Source: a virus
Lineage: Duplodnaviria; Caudoviricetes
Reading direction: 5' to 3' (one strand)
Virus record (IMG/VR): IMGVR_UViG_3300025608_000006
DNA length: 64,000 nt
Shown: positions 41,901 to 48,807 of the stretch, in pieces
How the letters are laid out: every line of letters starts with the position of its first letter
Position numbering within the stretch: position 1 is the first letter of the stretch
Program-made: the position numbers and the translations under genes
Notes under the pieces: generated by a model
What the model was told of the DNA's origin: nothing
Seen by the model: the letters and a program-made list of their open reading frames with translations, nothing else
Databases searched by the model: none

Positions 41901-42721
41901 TTGCTCAGATTGCTCCGGGCGGTGGTACACAGTGGAGTACAGGTGATGCTGCTACTACAGCTACTGCAACTGCACAAGCAAATATCGAAACTACAGCTGA
42001 TGTACGTTATAATAGATCAAATACTAGCTATGTAGATGTTCGACAAGCTTCCTTTGAAAGCACAGGTGCTCAGGTTGGAGACTTTGTATCGGGAACGTCG
42101 GGATCTGCTAATTCAAGTTTCTCAACTCCCAGGCAAATAACTTTCATAAATGGACCGTGGGGAAGAGGCGATCAAAATAGTAGATATTATAGACTGTATT
42201 TTAACAGTAGGTATTCAGGCACAGTAAGCGGAACAGTTACTCTACAGCGCCAAACGTCACTGACCAACTCAAGTTTTGCATATTTAGATGTTAACACTTT
42301 CTTAGCATCAAATGCAATTCCCGGCACCGCAGTTACACAAACAGGCGGGTCCGTAACATTCCCAGCTAGTACACTAATTTCTTCTATTGCACTGGAAGAA
42401 TTTGGGAATACGGAATATTATAAAGTTTCGTTCAATCAGACGTTTAGTGGAACATTAGTACAAAATACAGGCACTGTTCAATTTGAATTTGTTCAACCAC
42501 CATTTGCCCAACCGGGAGAAACAGTATTCTCGTTTATTGCGACTCCAGGTGAACGTTCTACACTAGATCTATCGGCATTGAAAGAACTTACAAACACTCC
42601 GTTGGGAGGCAGAGGGACGTTCCCCAATGGCCCTGATGTATTAGCTATTAATGTTTATAAGATTAGTGGCGCTGATATCGACGGTAACTTGATTCTAAAA
42701 TGGGGCGAAGCGCAGGCTTAA
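35993..42721 (+). CDS. Giant fibre/appendage protein (2242 aa) with a cupredoxin-like domain and internal repeats
   Basis: G/T/S-rich; HPFYF...YFYQCSSHANMVGTITV at about 37490-37670; repeated G.GA.FD(I/V)...G..Y..GD...GG.TP.ND units; WYGAG-containing C-terminal domain. Confidence 0.85.
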   Translation: MAKTQIKNYVFKPGIGANDYRYPNAYSLINSNKEFIQKESTAWIQSQVDADAAGFVGYTYNQEKCERDVGYIIDAYLNDLRYGGNEKLYNTVKYYWDQGVAQVDGDREPEIQTHTWIGNLIQDNILAQVAYSALNTKVSQTLTGTASESTSTFTPTGATYTPTTGVMNVTIGTHTLSVGDEIFIAPGGISFTCTLDGDATEHPYPRASGVPNDTGKDPFYYAPLIITDTTSTTITVNVGISSDTSTHTFSSALADSVTSGPATKINTLAFNTVDVITNGLGAQPTLVPVGVGTIKIQGRYSIDELLLISNSTRSEVLYNFTNVNTGALIEIKDTIDEDFLKFKETTDGVSTIKLNYDTSDHLSTDDIQIFVEEKEVRTRPFDFGTDAIERPRAAMPVSMLDADFEYGLQPTKWSAIGTMRGYPSVYEIPGTDTDVVRVVTDSSLSEPVRIFTADVTNSGTNDWVWSNAQDRNGNVTGNDPSITLIEGDTLIVTNNANSSHPFYFKTIQGTGTANPVSNVTNNGGNTGEEIIWVTQPGDAGTYFYQCSSHANMVGTITVLANDQGSGVGQSLITVSTVAAHGFEAGTPISIKALENSIAGASRAEGTFIIVNVPSNTTFQYFAKAKVGSTVGEVLSTGYTQLREAGFYTGASIGQPEFTIASNGSSGTMFAQLGVLSGEVVIPFDGSAPELGSPLSQSSIPVGSQVTSIIDQSEGGGTFVTPLSNSNIPAGQNQITVQDITGVVENLAVDRGDGNAIYITSVDGNTITFNGNFTREIIGNRNEYIGVEPDNDTGIGSGAKFDISYSGDSSLTYVIDAIENDGINYKVGDRITILGTQLGGATPANDAVIVVDEVGSANSIAVASINGLHFDNDLLLEGQTATFTGGNGAGAGFDISFQDGIFSSVDVTAAQTGADYAIGDVLTAAADVLVPGYSGPERILYISVDEVETTGGQATSVQLQDGGTGYTSGTTVATTGGSGTGLTLTITEGGDGIITDVTIVDAGSGYAEFDVVTLSTGNGDATVRIGSVKSIGAINTVTFAGSAPQVDKTFTGVAYTTTSASGSAAVIDVQVTGDSYTVIFTNNGINFVPTETITVAGDQLGGATPANDLTITIDNVDANGTITSFTAVGVTFNGDTLSGIPGINRVPIDATFDVTQNPEGVFNATLVAPGEGYNVGQIHTISGTVFGGTTPENDLSITITSITDLEGGEIQTITASGTGYIPIGVYIDVVGTNNPSLGTGAEFTIIRNSGNYSSISITNPGSGYEPGNRLEVEASVVDGVSPLNDILINVTTVDETGGISAFTTSSVEAAPGENIDLISTVTMSEATTAPIVSGAPITFSAVATIEAEFETAHGLVPGDTFITSIDSDDGSNNHELAAGSYIATEIPSTLTLRFQARTVGSIDIDNNNDPILGSVYPRPDSFFIHRPFDGGVQLGTGGPQHGAQAIRQSKKYIRYQSGKGIMYTTGALFAPSYDIRSVTADGVEVGSEITITTDDNDHGVQVGGIIRLLGVDTPGYNSGPQTAVPPQFDYEVVEVVNERTFKVLSQRRLGATTAVLGFAAQMSVVRWHGATVRSGIFDDQNGIFWEYDGTQINVVQRTGTYQVAGTIAIDVDKNAVTGTDTRFRDQLKAGDRIIIRGMTHVVSHVIDQTNMTVTPDFRGVSNVTGAKAMLVFDKRTKQADFNLDRLDGTGPSGYDIDIAKMQMIGIQYSWYGAGFIDFMLRGADGNFVFAHRMRNSNVNTEAFMRSGNLPVRYEVTNEGPNAKLAADMNSTQVTVPLDSENGKFFPTSGTVYIDNEIINFTGRTGNTLTGCTRSAVFTNFQGGSVRSYTAGDASAHSSSTGVVLISQTTTPLISHWGSAFITDGGFDEDRGYIFSYAETGVTISTTKQTAFMIRLSPSVSNAIVGDLGERELLNRAQLLLQGLEITSASGAAGEGGIIVEGVLNPQNFPIDPGSVSWQGLSGVAQGGQPSFAQIAPGGGTQWSTGDAATTATATAQANIETTADVRYNRSNTSYVDVRQASFESTGAQVGDFVSGTSGSANSSFSTPRQITFINGPWGRGDQNSRYYRLYFNSRYSGTVSGTVTLQRQTSLTNSSFAYLDVNTFLASNAIPGTAVTQTGGSVTFPASTLISSIALEEFGNTEYYKVSFNQTFSGTLVQNTGTVQFEFVQPPFAQPGETVFSFIATPGERSTLDLSALKELTNTPLGGRGTFPNGPDVLAINVYKISGADIDGNLILKWGEAQA

Positions 42722-43341
42722 ACTTGCGCTTCCATCCAATCTGCGAAAGATTTAAGATCATCAAATATGATGGTCTTTTTTCTTATGTCGCGGTAGGTAA
42801 ACTTCTTTAATTCTTTTTCAGTTTCAGAGCCGTAACCGGTTCGAACTAATACAGGTTTTGCACCTATTTTGTGGGCAGCTTTGAGATCACTCATTTTATC
42901 ACCCACATAGTATCCGCGATTAAATTTAATTTTTTTATGTTTTTGTTCTTTTTCGCAACGTTTGAACATTCCAGTATTGGGTTTAGCATACATATCAGAT
43001 TTATGACTACTTGCACTATAGTAAATGGCATCGATGCTTGGACAACCAGCTTTACCCAATAATTCTAACATGTACATATGCAATGCTTCGACATCTTCTT
43101 CAGTAAATAATCCTTTTTCGATGCCGCCTTGATTTGTTATGATAGCAATTCCGTGGCCTAACTTGCGCAATCGTGCAATTGCTTCTAGACTGCCTTCAAT
43201 AGGATCAAAGTCAGATCCCTTCCAAGTATATGTGCCGCGATCAACATTTATTACGCCATCTCTATCTAATCCAATTACACACTTGGGTGCAACATAATCA
43301 GGCGAAGATAATTGGTCGTCTCCCCAGTAAATATCAATCAT
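42718..43341 (-). CDS. gmhB: D-glycero-D-manno-heptose-1,7-bisphosphate phosphatase (HAD)
   Basis: GLDRDGVINVD, IITNQGGI, KPNTGM, YYVGDKMSDLKAA and LVRTGYG. Confidence 0.9.
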   Translation of the reverse strand: MIDIYWGDDQLSSPDYVAPKCVIGLDRDGVINVDRGTYTWKGSDFDPIEGSLEAIARLRKLGHGIAIITNQGGIEKGLFTEEDVEALHMYMLELLGKAGCPSIDAIYYSASSHKSDMYAKPNTGMFKRCEKEQKHKKIKFNRGYYVGDKMSDLKAAHKIGAKPVLVRTGYGSETEKELKKFTYRDIRKKTIIFDDLKSFADWMEAQV

Positions 43342-43756
43342 CTTGATCTTCTGGATTTAAATTAGGCTCGTATTGATGTTTTTGACTATCGCCTGGAGCA
43401 ACGCGATAATTATCTTCAACACTATCAGCAGTACTCACTTCGGTAATACTAGAACCTTCTTCTAAACAAATTAACTGATGTGGTTGTAGAGGAGGATTGT
43501 GCCAAACATCGCCTTCTTTTAATACTTTTTCATATAACACTGCATCATTGGTGTCAATCCATCTTACCTTAAACCGTCCATTATTTACAAACCAAGTTTC
43601 GTCCTTTTCCTTGTGGAAATGCATGCTAAATTTTGCATTAGACTTTTCAAAGAACATAATTTTACCACAATACTTGTCGTTAGTGGCCCAAATTAATTCA
43701 TAACCCCATCCTTTAGGCACAACGCCGGTTAGTCTAGTTGGCTCTTCATTTTTCAT
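43334..43756 (-). CDS. Cupin-fold sugar isomerase-like protein (mannose-6-phosphate isomerase C-terminal type)
   Basis: KGWGYE, FSMHFHKEKDETW and PPLQPHQL form the two cupin metal motifs. Confidence 0.8.
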   Translation of the reverse strand: MKNEEPTRLTGVVPKGWGYELIWATNDKYCGKIMFFEKSNAKFSMHFHKEKDETWFVNNGRFKVRWIDTNDAVLYEKVLKEGDVWHNPPLQPHQLICLEEGSSITEVSTADSVEDNYRVAPGDSQKHQYEPNLNPEDQDD

Positions 43757-44564
43757 TGATGTAATCCTTTATACTAGTCCATTCCATATCTACTACAGAA
43801 TTTAATTTGTCTAAGTTTGCACATGTATACTTTTGATACTGTGATTTTAAATTATCTGGCATCGGTATATATTGTACGTCTGCAGAATATTTTTTAGCAA
43901 TTTCACGACCCACTGTATCGAAACTGGTAACAGCGCCTGTGCCTGCATTGAAAATGCCACTTGTATCTACACCCATCATTTTATCATGTAATCGGCAGAT
44001 ATCTTCTACACAAACAAAATCACGCTTATAGTTTTTGCTATCTTCAAAAAGTTTTACAACTCCATTGTTTATTGCTTGTTGTGTAAATTTAGTGTAAGGA
44101 CTAGCTTGATCGCCTTTGTGTTCTTCATTAGGACCGTATACATTAAAGTAGCGAAACCCTTGAATCGTAATTTGAAATTCGTCAATATACTGATTAATAA
44201 ATCTGTCAAACAAATATTTTGACCATGCATACGGACTTTGGGGCAACAATGACATGTCCTCTGTAAAGTGATCAGTAGGACCATATACGCTTGCACTACT
44301 TGCATATTGAAAATTAGTACCAAAGTTTTCACACACTTGTGCTAATCTTACACTAAACTCAAAATTTTGTTCAAGTATTTGATTTACGTCTGTGTATGTT
44401 GTACTACTGATTGCACCTAAGTGTATGCACCAGTCATAATCTTCTGTACTAGGAAGTATTCCTGGTTCCCATTCCCATCCTTCTACTTCATGACCTTGTG
44501 ATTGTAGATAGTGTGCAATATTCTTTCCAACAAATCCTTCGTGACCTGTTACTAATATTCTCAT
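43746..44564 (-). CDS. hldD: ADP-L-glycero-D-manno-heptose 6-epimerase (extended SDR)
   Basis: ILVTGHEGFVG, HLGAISSTT, YASSASVYG, PQSPYAWSKYLFD, GFRYFNVYGPNEEHKGDQAS, RDFVCVED and YQKYTCA. Confidence 0.88.
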   Translation of the reverse strand: MRILVTGHEGFVGKNIAHYLQSQGHEVEGWEWEPGILPSTEDYDWCIHLGAISSTTYTDVNQILEQNFEFSVRLAQVCENFGTNFQYASSASVYGPTDHFTEDMSLLPQSPYAWSKYLFDRFINQYIDEFQITIQGFRYFNVYGPNEEHKGDQASPYTKFTQQAINNGVVKLFEDSKNYKRDFVCVEDICRLHDKMMGVDTSGIFNAGTGAVTSFDTVGREIAKKYSADVQYIPMPDNLKSQYQKYTCANLDKLNSVVDMEWTSIKDYINEK

Positions 44565-45700
44565 TTGCTTGCCTCTATAATACTAGTTGTTGAATAACCT
44601 TCTTGTGTTTGTACTAGATGCACATCTGCTAAGTCGTGACCGACAACTTCGTCTACTGTGTAATCGCCGCCTTTAACAATAACATGCGGCTTTATTTCTT
44701 TAATTAATTCGTAAGGTGTATCTTCGTGAAACACAACTACTTGATCTACCCACGGTAATATTTCTAATTGACTGATGCGTTTCATTTGGTTGTTAACAGG
44801 GCGTGTTTCGCCCTTAAGGCGCTTTACACTAGCATCGCTGTTAATGCCTACAATTAGTTTTTCACCCAGTGTTCGTGCTTCTGCTAACAGCTCAAAATGA
44901 CCCTTGTGTAGTATATCAAAAACTCCGTTAGTAAACACTACTCTTTCTTCCAAGTCGCTTACAGCAAGCGTATACGTGCCCGTGTGCTGAACACTTTTGC
45001 GTGAGCCTTTAACTGCTAGTTCAATTGCTTTTTTGTAATCATAATCTTTTGTAAGGGCATAAACAAATGCAGCTAGAAAACAGTCTCCAGCACCAGTTAC
45101 ATCACTAACTTCAACAATGTCAACATCTACTTCGTAAACTTCATTGTCAATCTTAGCAACAACACTTTTGCCTGCTCTTGTTGTAATAATATTACCATGC
45201 CAATTAAGGAAGTATTCTTGAAATTCCTTTTCGTTGGGTTTAACTAACCATGCACCTTCGTAGTTTTCTGCATGTGACTTAGGATCAACAATTACACGGC
45301 ATCCAAATTTATTAAGATGTTCGATAATCTTAATAGACTCGTCTAATACACCTTTGTTGTAATCGCTTAGGATTACATACTCGTATTTGCTAAAGTCGTT
45401 GCGAAGAATTGTGTTGCAAACTTCGACGCCGTCTGCATAGTGATCGTCATCTATACGTGTAACATAGTGACCGTCGCACATAACGCGAGTCTTTACACAT
45501 TTTTTAGATGCATACTCAAACAGCTCAACATCAACACCGAGACTTTTTAAGTTTTCGTAAACAAGTCCTGCACCGCCTGTAGTTTCTACAACACGTTTTT
45601 GTGCTACTACAGGTACAGGCGCTTCGGGACTCAACCGTGTCGATGTTCCGTAAATATATTTGTCAATAATTATATCGCCAATAACTAACACTTTATTCAT
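44561..45700 (-). CDS. hldE: Bifunctional heptose-7-phosphate kinase / heptose-1-phosphate adenylyltransferase
   Basis: Kinase half: VIGDIIIDKY, RLSPEAPVPV, SDYNKGVL, DVTGAGDCF. NTase half: FTNGVFDILHKGH, GINSDASVKRLKGETRP, KGGDY, STTSII. Start moved to the ATG at 45700. Confidence 0.93.
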   Translation of the reverse strand: MNKVLVIGDIIIDKYIYGTSTRLSPEAPVPVVAQKRVVETTGGAGLVYENLKSLGVDVELFEYASKKCVKTRVMCDGHYVTRIDDDHYADGVEVCNTILRNDFSKYEYVILSDYNKGVLDESIKIIEHLNKFGCRVIVDPKSHAENYEGAWLVKPNEKEFQEYFLNWHGNIITTRAGKSVVAKIDNEVYEVDVDIVEVSDVTGAGDCFLAAFVYALTKDYDYKKAIELAVKGSRKSVQHTGTYTLAVSDLEERVVFTNGVFDILHKGHFELLAEARTLGEKLIVGINSDASVKRLKGETRPVNNQMKRISQLEILPWVDQVVVFHEDTPYELIKEIKPHVIVKGGDYTVDEVVGHDLADVHLVQTQEGYSTTSIIEASK

Positions 45701-45706
45701 AACATT

Positions 45707-45735
45707 ATTATACAATTATTTTTCTTAACTGTCAA
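45707..45735 (-). promoter_or_regulatory. Consensus sigma70 promoter for the hldE operon
   Basis: On the minus strand: TTGACA (45735-45730), 17 nt, TATAAT (45712-45707), 6 nt, then ATG at 45700. Confidence 0.85.
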
Positions 45736-46165
45736 GTAAATTAATAGTTTTAAATACAGTTTCTAGTTTAGCTAGATTAATTTTACTTTGGAGTGTATTA
45801 CGCAACCCGTGATGCAAAGGCTTTGGCCACTTAGTGAAACTGCACCATGCATATCCATTGTGTTCGTTGTTTAGTTGAGGAATAAATTCCTCATCCACAA
45901 CACAAAGATATGTGTGAAAATAAAATCTACTATCGTGAGATACAAAACTTTCTAGCGGAAGTGTTTTTTTAATAGACGGCAAGAAGCCAATTTCTTCTTC
46001 TATTTCTCGCCTCAGTCCTTCAAATGGTGTTTCAACGCCCTCATTAGTGCCGCCTACTAATCCCCAAAGATCAGATTTTTTACCATGAGCTCGATGTAGA
46101 AATAAAAATCTATGTGTATCTAATGTATAAAACAGTGCGCCACTGCAAGTAATCATATTGTTCAT
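45725..46165 (-). CDS. NUDIX hydrolase
   Basis: Nudix box variant WGLVGGTNEGVETPFEGLRREIEEEIG. Confidence 0.88.
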   Translation of the reverse strand: MNNMITCSGALFYTLDTHRFLFLHRAHGKKSDLWGLVGGTNEGVETPFEGLRREIEEEIGFLPSIKKTLPLESFVSHDSRFYFHTYLCVVDEEFIPQLNNEHNGYAWCSFTKWPKPLHHGLRNTLQSKINLAKLETVFKTINLLDS

Positions 46166-46173
46166 ACATATAA

Positions 46174-47586
46174 TTAGCCTGCTAGTTCAACTCTCCAGGT
46201 GCCAACTGGATAATCTCCATCGATGCTCAATAGCCAATCACCATTGTTAAATCTGTATTGTACGCCTGTGTTTAAATTTGTAGTGTATGTAACTTCTGTT
46301 GCAGCACTTGCATCAAACACAATGTTCCATGTACTGCCGTCCCACTCAACAATGTCATTAGCACTTGCAACTAGCGCACTAGTGTCTGCGTTTTGCCAAG
46401 CAACTGGGGATTCAGTAGCATCTTCATTGCCTACATCTTCCAAGAGTAGTAATCTTACTCCGTTGGTTTTAATTGAACTAGGATTAAAGTTAGCTGGATT
46501 AATAATGTAATCGATACTAGTACGTCCTGCAATCACAGTATCACTCGGAAAACTATCAGAGTCCCAGTTAATTAATATTTTGCCTTCATCAAACGGACTT
46601 AGTGTAAATGTTCCTGTGACAGTTTTTGAATTGTCTTGACTGGTAAGGTATATTCTACTTACATCAGCAGCATATTGTCCAGGTAACGCTTCAAAAATTT
46701 CTCTCCAATTTTTATTACCAACGGCGCCGTTTGAAAATATTTGAGCACTGTCGCTATTTACAAATACACCGTAGGTATTGTAATTAACATTAGCCATCTC
46801 AGCAGCAGTATCAGATATAGACTTTCTGCCAAATTCATTCTCTGTGATACCAGCTCGCGGCACATCATCATATGCATTCAGCACAGGAGCACTTACTCCT
46901 GATTCAATGTCGCCTAATGTTTCGTCGAACATACTTGTAATAATATTAGTAATAACACCCATCTTGCGTACTTTAGTAGGCGGACTGATATAGATAGGTA
47001 CACTAAATGTAAGAGTAGCAATATCAATTTCGCTGTCGACTCCTACAGGAACACTTCTATTTGACCATGTTACGTTTTCTAAATTAACAACAGTAATACT
47101 GGTCCAGTCGATAAAGTTATCTGTGGTTTGCATTTCCAAACTAGGATTGAACAGAACTAGAATTTGCTCAAGCAACTGTAGCTTTTGATCAGTATTACTA
47201 GTCCATATATCTGCATTAACACGCATCATATACGGAGTTGGAATTAGTCGTTCTACTGTATAGTTTTTGCCCTGCGTATTTAGGTATTCACCTGCTTCAT
47301 CGTCGTATGCACGTTCTCTAATATTTGTTTTACGAGTATATGTTGAATCTGTAAGTCTGTCTTTGTCTAGTTCAAGACCTGTTAAGTAAACAGCAATGCG
47401 TGGCGCACTGGGCAATTTGTTTTCGCTGTTTTCTCTAATAATATTAGCAACTTGACGAGTTAAATCTCCGTAAGTAACCGGAACATCTTTTTGCACACCC
47501 TTTCCGTCTTGTACAGGAAAGTTTGCAAGTATGCGCATCATTTGTGTAAGATATCTTCTTACTTGTCCGTCATAAAAATGTTGCAT
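46174..47586 (-). CDS. gp15: Tail sheath stabiliser/terminator, T4 gp15-like
   Basis: HFYDGQVRRYLTQ, PTPYMMRVNADIWTSNTDQKLQLLEQILVLFNPSLE; adjacent to the neck genes. Confidence 0.7.
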   Translation of the reverse strand: MQHFYDGQVRRYLTQMMRILANFPVQDGKGVQKDVPVTYGDLTRQVANIIRENSENKLPSAPRIAVYLTGLELDKDRLTDSTYTRKTNIRERAYDDEAGEYLNTQGKNYTVERLIPTPYMMRVNADIWTSNTDQKLQLLEQILVLFNPSLEMQTTDNFIDWTSITVVNLENVTWSNRSVPVGVDSEIDIATLTFSVPIYISPPTKVRKMGVITNIITSMFDETLGDIESGVSAPVLNAYDDVPRAGITENEFGRKSISDTAAEMANVNYNTYGVFVNSDSAQIFSNGAVGNKNWREIFEALPGQYAADVSRIYLTSQDNSKTVTGTFTLSPFDEGKILINWDSDSFPSDTVIAGRTSIDYIINPANFNPSSIKTNGVRLLLLEDVGNEDATESPVAWQNADTSALVASANDIVEWDGSTWNIVFDASAATEVTYTTNLNTGVQYRFNNGDWLLSIDGDYPVGTWRVELAG

Positions 47587-48746
47587 TAATTATCTGCCTT
47601 GGGTCTAAGAGCTTTACTAAGACTTTGTCTTTCATCAACAGTTTCGCCGTCGATTTCGTTAGTATTAGTATTATTAATAAATGTCGTTTTATAAGTTTGA
47701 CGCTCGAGTGTATTGCTCAGTGTCATTCTAATATCGTCTTGAACTTTAACCCAACGTGATCCGTCATAACGGAACATTCTATTAGGTAAAAAGTCTGTAC
47801 GTAAAAAATAGTCGCCTTCTTCATTGAGTATCGGAAACGATATTCCAAAACCAAACGGTGCTCCATTTGGTGCAGCATCTCCAGTTCCTACTAGGTATCC
47901 AGTATACCCTTCTCGTTCGGGTCTGCTAGTAATTTCATCAACTGTTCTGCCTATATTACTTGCTTCGATGTCAGTATCGTCAGCTGTTTGTAGTGCAACA
48001 CTACCGTCGTCGTTTGTACTTACTGTGTAATAATGACTAATGTCGTATCCGCTTTTTGGAGCATCTGCTTCAGCTTGTGCAACTACGGCATTTGAAATTT
48101 GCATTTCTTTTTCGTATGTTGACAGCATGTCACGTAATGTATCGTCGCTGCCTTCTTCTGCAGGCAAGTCTAATATTTCATTATATTCTTGTCCATCATA
48201 TATTTGTTTTAGTTTTAAGCGATATAAGTGTGGATACCAAGTTTGGCTGAATCCTTCTGCTGCACGGTTAACGTCTTCTACAACATAGAATCTTTTAAGT
48301 GCAACACTATAATCGTTAAGTGCATATTCGTCTTTTAAATGAGGCAATTCGATTACATCGCCACTTATAATTTTTCTGCCCAGTGTTTTAACACTTGAAT
48401 TAATATGTATAGTTAACATAAGTGTGTCATTGCTTAAAAATAAACCAAACGCACTGAGATCGAAGTCTATATCTTGAACATTATAAATTCCGCGAATGTT
48501 ATAAACATCAGGATCGTACTTTCTGTCTCTATTTTCTAAGAACAGTAAGTCTTGTATGTTAGTTTCTGCAACAGCATCGTATGTAGGCTGATCAGCCGTT
48601 CCTTCACCTTCTTCTGGATTTACTGCTCCAAGAAACTTGTGAATATTGATATCAGTGCCGCCAATGGTAAACATCTCTTGGATTTGTTTGTCCAAAAAAT
48701 GATAATCATTACCGCGTTCCGGTTTGTATAATGATAAGCGAGGGAT
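47586..48746 (-). CDS. gp14: Neck protein, T4 gp14-like; probable non-canonical ATC start at 48746
   Basis: IQDLLFLENRDRKY, LSAFGLFL, GDVIELPH, WYPHLYRLKL. The frame extends 17 codons upstream of the TTG call (IPRLSLYKPERGNDYHF) to an ATC 7 nt after AGGAG. Confidence 0.7.
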   Translation of the reverse strand: MPRLSLYKPERGNDYHFLDKQIQEMFTIGGTDINIHKFLGAVNPEEGEGTADQPTYDAVAETNIQDLLFLENRDRKYDPDVYNIRGIYNVQDIDFDLSAFGLFLSNDTLMLTIHINSSVKTLGRKIISGDVIELPHLKDEYALNDYSVALKRFYVVEDVNRAAEGFSQTWYPHLYRLKLKQIYDGQEYNEILDLPAEEGSDDTLRDMLSTYEKEMQISNAVVAQAEADAPKSGYDISHYYTVSTNDDGSVALQTADDTDIEASNIGRTVDEITSRPEREGYTGYLVGTGDAAPNGAPFGFGISFPILNEEGDYFLRTDFLPNRMFRYDGSRWVKVQDDIRMTLSNTLERQTYKTTFINNTNTNEIDGETVDERQSLSKALRPKADN

Positions 48747-48770
48747 AGCTCTTCTCCTATTCGTTATATA

Positions 48771-48791
48771 TATTTATCCGACGGATAAATA
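48771..48791. promoter_or_regulatory. Back-to-back divergent late promoters forming a perfect inverted repeat
   Basis: TATTTATCCG-A-CGGATAAATA; ATAAATA is present on each strand. Confidence 0.8.
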
Positions 48792-48807
48792 CTATTGGAG
48801 AACCAAT

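Noticed and set aside
42718-42721. Convergent genes sharing a TTAA stop overlap with no terminator
   Set aside because: A common compaction feature in phage genomes; no further signal seen.
48724-48807. N-terminal extension of gp13 in the ORF track
   Set aside because: It overlaps the divergent promoter palindrome; GGAG before the ATG at 48808 gives a better start.
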